From NCBI GenBank assembly GCA_964016885.1, contig OZ024752.1, positions 36,146,001 through 36,210,000 on the forward strand: DNA of 64,000 nt, in the 5' to 3' direction. This DNA is from Eledone cirrhosa. Taxonomy: Eukaryota. Position numbers and translations under genes: made by a program. Below are positions 12,462-24,900 of this stretch, piece by piece (position 1 is the first letter of the stretch; each line of letters starts with the position of its first letter). The notes under the pieces were generated by a model that saw only the letters and a list, made by a program, of their open reading frames with translations, searched no databases and was not told the origin of the DNA.

Positions 12462-12754
12462 TTCATTTTTATTCTGCAGTAGACAAATATCGCTGACAAT
12501 GAACCAAAACAACATTGAATAAAGAGGACGCTCTCTCTGAACTTGTCAAGGACCAGACAACCTCTTTAGTGTACAAACAGTAAAGTGGTAGTGCTGGTGC
12601 CACAATAAAAGACAATCAGTAGACTTTTTGAAGTGGTTGGTGTTAGGGAAGGACATCTGACTGTAAAAACTATGCCTCCAGTACACACTGTAATATGATT
12701 GGTGTTAGGAAGGACACCCAGCTGTAGATATCATGTTCCCAGTACCTGTTTTAA

Positions 12755-12963
12755 CCCTTTAGCATTCACGTTACTCTATATTTACTATTATATTTTCACA
12801 GTAAAGGCTTTATCTCACATAGTATCGAATCTATGAGATTTTGATATTATTTTATTTTGAGAACAATACCTTAACATAGGTATGAGTAGCCGGTTATGGC
12901 TGGTTTGAACATACAGAAGTGAGAGAATTCTTGCCGGATACAGCCGGTTTAAATTCTAAAGGG
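12755..12963 (+). mobile_element. piggyBac-type MITE (TTAA TSD), 209 bp
   Basis: TTAA-ccctttagcatt ... aattctaaaggg-TTAA; homologous copies at about 45178, 46484, 47045 and 53494. Confidence 0.88.
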
Positions 12964-15900
12964 TTAAAGTGGTTGGTGTTAGGAAAGGCATCTAGCTGTA
13001 GAAACCATGCTTGCAGTACACACTTTAAAGTGGTTGGTATTAAGAAAGGCATCTAGGTGTAGAAACCATGCTTGCAGTACACACTTTAAAGTGGTTGGTG
13101 TTAGGAAAGGCATCTAGCTGTAGAAACCATGCTTGCAGTACACACTTTAAAGTGGTTGGTGTTAGGAAAGGCATCTAGGTGTAGAAACCATGCTTGCAGT
13201 ACACACTTTAAAGTGGTTGGTGTTAGGAAAGGCATCTAGATGTAGAAACCATGCTTGCAGTACACACTTTAAAGTGGTTGGTGTTAGGAAAGGCATCTAG
13301 CTTTAGACACCATGCTTGCAGTACACACTTTAAAGTGGTTGGTGTTAGGAAAGGCATCTAGGTGTAGAAACCATGCTTGCAGTACACACTTTAAAGTGGT
13401 TGGTGTTAGGAAAGGCATCTAGCTTTAGACACCATGCTTGCAGTACACACTTTAAAGTGGTTGGTGTTAGGAAAGGCATCTAGCTGTAGAAACCATGCTT
13501 GCAGTACACACTTTAAAGTGGTTGGTGTTAGGAAAGGCATCTAGCTGTAGAAACCATGCTTGCAGTACACACTTGAAAGTGGTTGGTGTTAGGAAAGGCA
13601 TCTAGGTGTAGAAACCATGCTTGCAGTACACACTTTAAAGTGGTTGGTGTTAGGAAAGGCATCTAGGTGTAGAAACCATGCTTGCAGTACACACTTTAAA
13701 GTGGTTGGTGTTAGGAAAGGCATCTAGGTGTAGAAACCATGCTTGCAGTACACACTTTAAAGTGGTTGGTGTTAGGAAAGGCATCTAGGTGTAGAAACCA
13801 TGCTTGCAGTACACACTTTAAAGTGGTTGGTGTTAGGAAAGGCATCTAGCTTTAGACACCATGCTTGCAGTACACACTTTAAAGTGGTTGGTGTTAGGAA
13901 AGGCATCTAGGTGTAGAAACCATGCTTGCAGTACACACTTTAAAGTGGTTGGTGTTAGGAAAGGCATCTAGCTTTAGACACCATGCTTGCAGTACACACT
14001 TTAAAGTGGTTGGTGTTAGGAAAGGCATCTAGGTGTAGAAACCATGCTTGCAGTACACACTTTAAAGTGGTTGGTGTTAGGAAAGGCATCTAGCTTTAGA
14101 CACCATGCTTGCAGTACACACTTTAAAGTGGTTGGTGTTAGGAAAGGCATCCAGCTGTAGAAACCATGCTTGCAGTACACACTTTAAAGTGGTTGGTGTT
14201 AGGAAAGGCATCTAGCTGTAGAAACCATGCTTGCAGTACACACTTTAAAGTGGTTGGTGTTAGGAAAGGCATCTAGGTGTAGAAACCATGCTTGCAGTAC
14301 ACACTTTAAAGTGGTTGGTGTTAGGAAAGGCATCTAGCTGTAGAAACCATGCTTGCAGTACACACTTTAAAGTGGTTGGTGTTAGGAAAGGCATCTAGGT
14401 GTAGAAACCATGCTTGCAGTACACACTTTAAAGTGGTTGGTGTTAGGAAAGGCATCTAGCTTTAGACACCATGCTTGCAGTACACACTTTAAAGTGGTTG
14501 GTGTTAGGAAAGGCATCTAGGTGTAGAAACCATGCTTGCAGTACACACTTTAAAGTGGTTGGTGTTAGGAAAGGCATCTAGCTTTAGACACCATGCTTGC
14601 AGTACACACTTTAAAGTGGTTGGTGTTAGGAAAGGCATCTAGGTGTAGAAACCATGCTTGCAGTACACACTTTAAAGTGGTTGGTGTTAGGAAAGGCATC
14701 TAGCTTTAGACACCATGCTTGCAGTACACACTTTAAAGTGGTTGGTGTTAGGAAAGGCATCTAGGTGTAGAAACCATGCTTGCAGTACACACTTTAAAGT
14801 GGTTGGTGTTAGGAAAGGCATCTAGCTGTAGAAACCATGCTTGCAGTACACACTTTAAAGTGGTTGGTGTTAGGAAAGGCATCTAGGTGTAGAAACCATG
14901 CTTGCAGTACACACTTTAAAGTGGTTGGTGTTAGGAAAGGCATCTAGCTGTAGAAACCATGCTTGCAGTACACACTTTAAAGTGGTTGGTGTTAGGAAAG
15001 GCATCTAGCTGTAGAAACCATGCTTGCAGTACACACTTTAAAGTGGTTGGTGTTAGGAAAGGCCTCTAGGTGTAGAAACCATGCTTGCAGTACACACTTT
15101 AAAGTGGATGGTGTTAGGAAAGGCATCCAGCTGTAGAAACCATGTTTGCAGTACACACTTTAAAGTGGTTGGTGTTAGGAAAGGCATCTAGCTGTAGAAA
15201 CCATGCTTGCAGTACACACTTTAAAGTGGTTGGTGTTAGGAAAGGCATCTAGGTGTAGAAACCATGCTTGCAGTACACACTTTAAAGTGGTTGGTGTTAG
15301 GAAAGGCATCTAGGTGTAGAAACCATGCTTGCAGTACACACTTTAAAGTGGTTGGTGTTAGGAAAGGCATCCAGCTGTAGAAACCATGTTGCAGTACACA
15401 CTTTAAAGTGGTTGGTGTTAGGAAAGGCATCTAGGTGTAGAAACCATGCTTGCAGTACACACTTTAAAGTGGTTGGTGTTAGGAAAGGCATCCAGCTGTA
15501 GAAACCATGTTGCAGTACACACTTTAAAGTGGTTGGTGTTAGGAAAGGCATCTAGGTGTAGAAACCATGCTTGCAGTACACACTTTAAAGTGGTTGGTGT
15601 TAGGAAAGGCATCTAGGTGTAGAAACCATGCTTGCAGTACACACTTTAAAGTGGTTGGTGTTAGGAAAGGCATCTAGGTGTAGAAACCATGCTTGCAGTA
15701 CACACTTTAAAGTGGATGGTGTTAGGAAAGGCATCTAGGTGTAGAAACCATGCTTGCAGTACACACTTTAAAGTGGTTGGTGTTAGGAAAGGCATCTAGG
15801 TGTAGAAACCATGCTTGCAGTACACACTTTAAAGTGGATGGTGTTAGGAAAGGCATCTAGCTGTAGAAACCATGCTTGCAGTACACACTTTAAAGTGGTT

Positions 15901-18900
15901 GGTGTTAGGAAAGGCATCTAGGTGTAGAAACCATGCTTGCAGTACACACTTTAAAGTGGTTGGTGTTAGGAAAGGCATCCAGCTGTAGAAACCATGCTTG
16001 CAGTACACACTTTAAAGTGGTTGGTGTTAGGAAAGGCATCTAGGTGTAGAAACCATGCTTGCAGTACACACTTTAAAGTGGATGGTGTTAGGAAAGGCAT
16101 CTAGCTGTAGAAACCATGCTTGCAGTACACACTTTAAAGTGGTTGGTGTTAGGAAAGGCATCCAGCTGTAGAAACCATGCTTGCAGTACACACTTTAAAG
16201 TGGTTGGTGTTAGGAAAGGCATCCAGCTGTAGAAACCATGCTTGCAGTACACACTTTAAAGTGGTTGGTGTTAGGAAAGGCATCTAGGTGTAGAAACCAT
16301 GCTTGCAGTACACACTTTAAAGTGGTTGGTGTTAGGAAAGGCCTCTAGGTGTAGAAACCATGCTTGCAGTACACACTTTAAAGTGGTTGGTGTTAGGAAA
16401 GGCATCTAGGTGTAGAAACCATGCTTGCAGTACACACTTTAAAGTGGTTGGTGTTAGGAAAGGTATCCAGTTGTAGAAACCATGCTTGCAGTACACACTT
16501 TAAAGTGGTTGGTGTTAGGAAAGGCATCTAGCTGTAGAAACCATGCTTGCAGTACACACTTTAAAGTGGTTGGTGTTAGGAAAGGTATCCAGTTGTAGAA
16601 ACCATGCTTGCAGTACACACTTTAAAGTGGTTGGTGTTAGGAAAGGCATCTAGCTGTAGAAACCATGCTTGCAGTACACACTTTAAAGTGGTTGGTGTTA
16701 GGAAAGGTATCCAGTTGTAGAAACCATGCTTGCAGTACACACTTTAAAGTGGTTGGTGTTAGGAAAGGCATCTAGGTGTAGAAACCATGCTTGCAGTACA
16801 CACTTTAAAGTGGTTGGTGTTAGGAAAGGCATCCAGCTGTAGAAACCATGCTTGCAGTACACACTTTAAAGTGGTTGGTGTTAGGAAAGGCATCTAGCTG
16901 TAGAAACCATGCTTGCAGTACACACTTTAAAGTGGTTGGTGTTAGGAAAGGCATCTAGGTGTAGAAACCATGCTTGCAGTACACACTTTAAAGTGGTTGG
17001 TGTTAGGAAAGGCATCTAGCTGTAGAAACCATGCTTGCAGTACACACTTTAAAGTGGTTGGTGTTAGGAAAGGCATCTAGGTGTAGAAACCATGCTTGCA
17101 GTACACACTTTAAAGTGGTTGGTGTTAGGAAAGGCATCTAGCTTTAGACACCATGCTTGCAGTACACACTTTAAAGTGGTTGGTGTTAGGAAAGGCATCT
17201 AGGTGTAGAAACCATGCTTGCAGTACACACTTTAAAGTGGTTGGTGTTAGGAAAGGCATCTAGCTTTAGACACCATGCTTGCAGTACACACTTTAAAGTG
17301 GTTGGTGTTAGGAAAGGCATCTAGGTGTAGAAACCATGCTTGCAGTACACACTTTAAAGTGGTTGGTGTTAGGAAAGGCATCTAGCTTTAGACACCATGC
17401 TTGCAGTACACACTTTAAAGTGGTTGGTGTTAGGAAAGGCATCTAGGTGTAGAAACCATGCTTGCAGTACACACTTTAAAGTGGTTGGTGTTAGGAAAGG
17501 CATCTAGCTGTAGAAACCATGCTTGCAGTACACACTTTAAAGTGGTTGGTGTTAGGAAAGGCATCTAGGTGTAGAAACCATGCTTGCAGTACACACTTTA
17601 AAGTGGATGGTGTTAGGAAAGGCATCTAGGTGTAGAAACCATGCTTGCAGTACACACTTTAAAGTGGATGGTGTTAGGAAAGGCATCTAGGTGTAGAAAC
17701 CATGCTTGCAGTACACACTTTAAAGTGGTTGGTGTTAGGAAAGGCATCTAGCTGTAGAAACCATGCTTGCAGTACACACTTTAAAGTGGTTGGTGTTAGG
17801 AAAGGCATCTAGGTGTAGAAACCATGCTTGCAGTACACACTTTAAAGTGGTTGGTGTTAGGAAAGGCATCTAGGTGTAGAAACCATGCTTGCAGTACACA
17901 CTTTAAAGTGGTTGGTGTTAGGAAAGGCATCCAGCTGTAGAAACCATACTTGCAGTACACACTTTAAAGTGGTTGGTGTTAGGAAAGGCATCTAGCTGTA
18001 GAAACCATGCTTGCAGTACACACTTTAAACTGGTTGGTGTTAGGAAAGGCATCTAGCTGTAGAAACCATGCTTGCAGTACACACTTTAAAGTGGTTGGTG
18101 CTAGGAAAGGCATCTAGCTGTAGAAACCATGCTTGCAGTACACACTTTAAAGTGGTTGGTGTTAGGAAAGGCCTCTAGGTTTAGAAACCATGCTTGCAGT
18201 ACACACTTTAAAGTGGATGGTGTTAGGAAAGGCATCTAGGTGTAGAAACCATGCTTGCAGTACACACTTTAAAGTGGTTGGTGTTAGGAAAGGCATCTAG
18301 GTGTAGAAACCATGCTTGCAGTACACACTTTAAAGTGGATGGTGTTAGGAAAGGCATCTAGGTGTAGAAACCATGCTTGCAGTACACACTTTAAAGTGGA
18401 TGGTGTTAGGAAAGGCATCTAGCTGTAGAAACCATGCTTGCAGTACACACTTTAAAGTGGATGGTGTTAGGAAAGGCATCTAGGTGTAGAAACCATGCTT
18501 GCAGTACACACTTTAAAGTGGTTGGTGTTAGGAAAGGCATCTAGGTGTAGAAACCATGCTTGCAATACACACTTTAAAGTGGATGGTGTTAGGAAAGGCA
18601 TCTAGGTGTAGAAACCATGCTTGCAGTACACACTTTAAAGTGGATGGTGTTAGGAAAGGCATCTAGGTGTAGAAACCATGCTTGCAGTACACACTTTAAA
18701 GTGGTTGGTGTTAGGAAAGGCATCTAGGTGTAGAAACCATGCTTGCAGTACACACTTTAAAGTGGATGGTGTTAGGAAAGGCATCTAGGTGTAGAAACCA
18801 TGCTTGCAGTACACACTTTAAAGTGGATGGTGTTAGGAAAGGCATCTAGGTGTAGAAACCATGCTTGCAGTACACACTTTAAAGTGGATGGTGTTAGGAA

Positions 18901-21900
18901 AGGCATCTAGGTGTAGAAACCATGCTTGCAGTACACACTTTAAAGTGGATGGTGTTAGGAAAGGCATCTAGGTGTAGAAACCATGCTTGCAGTACACACT
19001 TTAAAGTGGATGGTGTTAGGAAAGGCATCTAGGTGTAGAAACCATGCTTGCAGTACACACTTTAAAGTGGATGGTGTTAGGAAAGGCATCTAGGTGTAGA
19101 AACCATGCTTGCAGTACACACTTTAAAGTGGATGGTGTTAGGAAAGGCATCTAGGTGTAGAAACCATGCTTGCAGTACACACTTTAAAGTGGATGGTGTT
19201 AGGAAAGGCATCTAGGTGTAGAAACCATGCTTGCAGTACACACTTTAAAGTGGTTGGTGTTAGGAAAGGCATCTAGGTGTAGAAACCATGCTTGCAGTAC
19301 ACACTTTAAAGTGGTTGGTGTTAGGAAAGGCATCTAGGTGTAGAAACCATGCTTGCAGTACACACTTTAAAGTGGTTGGTGTTAGGAAAGGCATCTAGCT
19401 GTAGAAACCATGCTTGCAGTACACACTTTAAAGTGGTTGGTGTTAGGAAAGGCATCTAGGTGTAGAAACCATGCTTGCAGTAGACACTTTAAAGTGGTTG
19501 GTGTTAGGAAAGGCCTCTAGGTGTAAAAACCATGCTTGCAGTACACACTTTAAAGTGGTTGGTGTTAGGAAAGGCCTCTAGGTGTAGAAACCATACTTGC
19601 AGTACACACTTTAAAGTGGTTGGTGTTAGGAAAGGCATCCAGCTGTAGAAACCATGCTTGCAGTACACACTTTAAAGTGGTTGGTGTTAGGAAAGGCATC
19701 TAGGTGTAGAAACCATGCTTGCAGTACACACTTTAAAGTGGTTGGTGTTAGGAAAGGCATCTAGGTGTAGAAACCATGCTTGCAGTACACACTTTAAAGT
19801 GGTTGGTGTTAGGAAAGGCATCTAGGTGTAGAAACCATGCTTGCAGTACACACTTTAAAGTGGTTGGTGTTAGGAAAGGCATCTAGGTGTAGAAACCATG
19901 CTTGCAGTACACACTTTAAAGTGGTTGGTGTTAGGAAAGGCATCTAGGTGTAGAAACCATGCTTGCAGTACACACTTTAAAGTGGTTGGTGTTAGGAAAG
20001 GCATCCAGCTGTAGAAACCATGCTTGCAGTACACACTTTAAAGTGGTTGGTGTTAGGAAAGGCATCTAGGTGTAGAAACCATGCTTGCAGTACACACTTT
20101 AAAGTGGTTGGTGTTAGGAAAGGCATCTAGGTGTAGAAACCATGCTTGCAGTACACACTTTAAAGTGGTTGGTGTTAGGAAAGGCATCTAGGTGTAGAAA
20201 CCATGCTTGCAGTACACACTTTAAAGTGGTTGGTGTTAGGAAAGGCATCCAGCTGTAGAAACCATGCTTGCAGTACACACTTTAAAGTGGTTGGTGTTAG
20301 GAAAGGCATCTAGGTGTAGAAACCATGCTTGCAGTACACACTTTAAAGTGGTTGGTGTTAGGAAAGGCATCTAGGTGTAGAAACCATGCTTGCAGTACAC
20401 ACTTTAAAGTGGTTGGTGTTAGGAAAGGCATCTAGCTGTAGAAACCATGCTTGCAGTACAACCTTTAAAGTGGATGGTGTTAGGAAAGGCATCTAGGTGT
20501 AGAAACCATGCTTGCAGTACACACTTTAAAGTGGTTGGTGTTAGGAAAGGCATCCAGCTGTAGAAACCATACTTGCAGTACACACTTTAAAGTGGTTGGT
20601 GTTAGGAAAGGCATCTAGGTGTAGAAACCATGCTTGCAGTACACACTTTAAAGTGGTTGGTGTTAGGAAAGGCATCTAGGTGTAGAAACCATGCTTGCAG
20701 TACACACTTTAAAGTGGTTGGTGTTAGGAAAGGCATCTAGGTGTAGAAACCATGCTTGCAGTACACACTTTAAAGTGGTTGGTGTTAGGAAAGGCATCTA
20801 GGTGTAGAAACCATGCTTGCAGTACACACTTTAAAGTGGATGGTGTTAGGAAAGGCATCTAGGTGTAGAAACCATGCTTGCAGTACACACTTTAAAGTGG
20901 TTGGTGTTTGGAAAGGCATCTAGGTGTAGAAACCATGCTTGCAGTACACACTTTAAAGTGGTTGGTGTTAGGAAAGGCATCTAGCTGTAGAAACCATGCT
21001 TGCAGTACAACCTTTAAAGTGGATGGTGTTAGGAAAGGCATCTAGGTGTAGAAACCATGCTTGCAGTACACACTTTAAAGTGGTTGGTGTTAGGAAAGGC
21101 ATCCAGCTGTAGAAACCATGCTTGCAGTACACACTTTAAAGTGGTTGGTGTTAGGAAAGGCATCTAGGTGTAGAAACCATGCTTGCAGTACACACTTTAA
21201 AGTGGTTGGTGTTAGGAAAGGCATCTAGGTGTAGAAACCATGCTTGCAGTACACACTTTAAAGTGGTTGGTGTTAGGAAAGGCATCTAGGTGTAGAAACC
21301 ATGCTTGCAGTACACACTTTAAAGTGGTTGGTGTTAGGAAAGGCATCTAGGTGTAGAAACCATGCTTGCAGTACACACTTTAAAGTGGTTGGTGTTAGGA
21401 AAGGCATCCAGCTGTAGAAACCATGCTTGCAGTACACACTTTAAAGTGGATGGTGTTAGGAAAGGCATCCAGCTGTAGAAACCATGCTTGCAGTACACAC
21501 TTTAAAGTGGTTGGTGTTAGGAAAGGTATCTAGGTGTAGAAACCATGCTTGCAGTACACACTTTAAAGTGGATGGTGTTAGGAAAGGCATCCAGCTGTAG
21601 AAACCATGCTTGCAGTACACACTTTAAAGTGGTTGGTGTTAGGAAAGGTATCTAGGTGTAGAAACCATGCTTGCAGTACACACTTTAAAGTGGATGGTGT
21701 TAGGAAAGGCATCTAGGTGTAGAAACCATGCTTGCAGTACACACTTTAAAGTGGATGGTGTTAGGAAAGGCATCTAGGTGTAGAAACCATGCTTGCAGTA
21801 CACACTTTAAAGTGGATGGTGTTAGGAAAGGCATCCAGCTGTAGAAACCATGCTTGCAGTACACACTTTAAAGTGGTTGGTGTTAGGAAAGGTATCCAGG

Positions 21901-24900
21901 TGTAGAAACCATGCTTGCAGTACACACTTTAAAGTGGATGGTGTTAGGAAAGGCATCCAGCTGTAGAAACCATGCTTGCAGTACACACTTTAAAGTGGTT
22001 GGTGTTAGGAAAGGCATCCAGCTGTAGAAACCATGCTTGCAGTACACACTTTAAAGTGGATGGTGTTAGGAAAGGCATCTAGGTGTAGAAACCATGCTTG
22101 CAGTACACACTTTAAAGTGGATGGTGTTAGGAAAGGCATCTAGGTGTAGAAACCATGCTTGCAGTACACACTTTAAAGTGGTTGGTGTTAGGAAAGGTAT
22201 CTAGGTGTAGAAACCATGCTTGCAGTACACACTTTAAAGTGGATGGTGTTAGGAAAGGCATCTAGGTGTAGAAACCATGCTTGCAGTACACACTTTAAAG
22301 TGGATGGTGTTAGGAAAGGCATCTAGGTGTAGAAACCATGCTTGCAGTACACACTTTAAAGTGGTTGGTGTTAGGAAAGGCATCTAGCTGTAGAAACCAT
22401 GCTTGCAGTACACACTTTAAAGTGGTTGGTGTTAGGAAAGGCATCTAGCTGTAGAAACCATGCTTGCAGTACACACTTTAAACTGGTTGGTGTTAGGAAT
22501 GGCATCCAGCTGTAGAAACCATGCTTGCAGTACACACTTTAAAGTGGTTGGTGTTAGGAAAGGCATCTAGCTGTAGAAACCATGCTTGCAGTACACACTT
22601 TAAAGTGGTTGGTGTTAGGAAAGGCATCTAGCTGTAGAAACCATGCTTGCAGTACACACTTTAAAGTGGTTGGTGTTAGGAAAGGCCTCTAGGTGTAGAA
22701 ACCATGCTTGCAGTACACACTTTAAACTGGTTGGTGTTAGGAAAGGCATCCAGCTGTAGAAACCATGCTTGCAGTACACACTTTAAACTGGTTGGTGTTA
22801 GGAAAGGCATCTAGCTGTAGAAACCATGCTTGCAGTACACACTTTAAAGTGGTTGGTGTTAGGAAAGGCATCTAGGTGTAGAAACCATGCTTGCAGTACA
22901 CACTTTAAAGTGGTTGGTGTTAGGAAAGGCATCCAGTTGCAGAAACCATGCTTGCAGTACACACTTTAAACTGGTTGGTGTTAGGAAAGGCATCTAGCTG
23001 TAGAAACCATGCTTGCAGTACACACTTTAAAGTGGATGGTGTTAGGAAAGGCATCTAGGTGTAGAAACCATGCTTGCAGTACACACTTTAAAGTGGTTGG
23101 TGTTAGGAAAGGCATCTAGGTGTAGAAACCATGCTTGCAGTACACACTTTAAAGTGGTTGGTGTTAGGAAAGGCATCCAGCTGTAGAAACCATGCTTGCA
23201 GTACACACTTTAAAGTGGTTGGTGTTAGGAAAGGCATCCAGCTGTAGAAACCATACTTGCAGTACACACTTTAAAGTGGTTGGTGTTAGGAAAGGCATCT
23301 AGCTGTAGAAACCATGCTTGCAGTACACACTTTAAACTGGTTGGTGTTAGGAAAGGCATCTAGCTGTAGAAACCATGCTTGCAGTACACACTTTAAAGTG
23401 GTTGGTGTTAGGAAAGGCATCTAGCTGTAGAAACCATGCTTGCAGTACACACTTTAAAGTGGTTGGTGTTAGGAAAGGCCTCTAGGTTTAGAAACCATGC
23501 TTGCAGTACACACTTTAAAGTGGATGGTGTTAGGAAAGGCATCTAGGTGTAGAAACCATGCTTGCAGTACACACTTTAAAGTGGTTGGTGTTAGGAAAGG
23601 CATCTAGGTGTAGAAACCATGCTTGCAGTACACACTTTAAAGTGGATGGTGTTAGGAAAGGCATCTAGGTGTAGAAACCATGCTTGCAGTACACACTTTA
23701 AAGTGGATGGTGTTAGGAAAGGCATCTAGCTGTAGAAACCATGCTTGCAGTACACACTTTAAAGTGGATGGTGTTAGGAAAGGCATCTAGGTGTAGAAAC
23801 CATGCTTGCAGTACACACTTTAAAGTGGTTGGTGTTAGGAAAGGCATCTAGGTGTAGAAACCATGCTTGCAGTACACACTTTAAAGTGGATGGTGTTAGG
23901 AAAGGCATCTAGGTGTAGAAACCATGCTTGCAGTACACACTTTAAAGTGGATGGTGTTAGGAAAGGCATCTAGGTGTAGAAACCATGCTTGCAGTACACA
24001 CTTTAAAGTGGTTGGTGTTAGGAAAGGCATCTAGGTGTAGAAACCATGCTTGCAGTACACACTTTAAAGTGGATGGTGTTAGGAAAGGCATCTAGGTGTA
24101 GAAACCATGCTTGCAGTACACACTTTAAAGTGGATGGTGTTAGGAAAGGCATCTAGGTGTAGAAACCATGCTTGCAGTACACACTTTAAAGTGGATGGTG
24201 TTAGGAAAGGCATCTAGGTGTAGAAACCATGCTTGCAGTACACACTTTAAAGTGGATGGTGTTAGGAAAGGCATCTAGGTGTAGAAACCATGCTTGCAGT
24301 ACACACTTTAAAGTGGATGGTGTTAGGAAAGGCATCTAGGTGTAGAAACCATGCTTGCAGTACACACTTTAAAGTGGATGGTGTTAGGAAAGGCATCTAG
24401 GTGTAGAAACCATGCTTGCAGTACACACTTTAAAGTGGATGGTGTTAGGAAAGGCATCTAGGTGTAGAAACCATGCTTGCAGTACACACTTTAAAGTGGA
24501 TGGTGTTAGGAAAGGCATCTAGGTGTAGAAACCATGCTTGCAGTACACACTTTAAAGTGGTTGGTGTTAGGAAAGGCATCTAGGTGTAGAAACCATGCTT
24601 GCAGTACACACTTTAAAGTGGTTGGTGTTAGGAAAGGCATCTAGGTGTAGAAACCATGCTTGCAGTACACACTTTAAAGTGGTTGGTGTTAGGAAAGGCA
24701 TCTAGCTGTAGAAACCATGCTTGCAGTACACACTTTAAAGTGGTTGGTGTTAGGAAAGGCATCTAGGTGTAGAAACCATGCTTGCAGTAGACACTTTAAA
24801 GTGGTTGGTGTTAGGAAAGGCCTCTAGGTGTAAAAACCATGCTTGCAGTACACACTTTAAAGTGGTTGGTGTTAGGAAAGGCCTCTAGGTGTAGAAACCA

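Noticed and set aside
15236-15612. Minus-strand ORFs in the satellite
   Set aside because: Produced by 1-bp deletions in two units that shift the frame past stops; no sign of coding.
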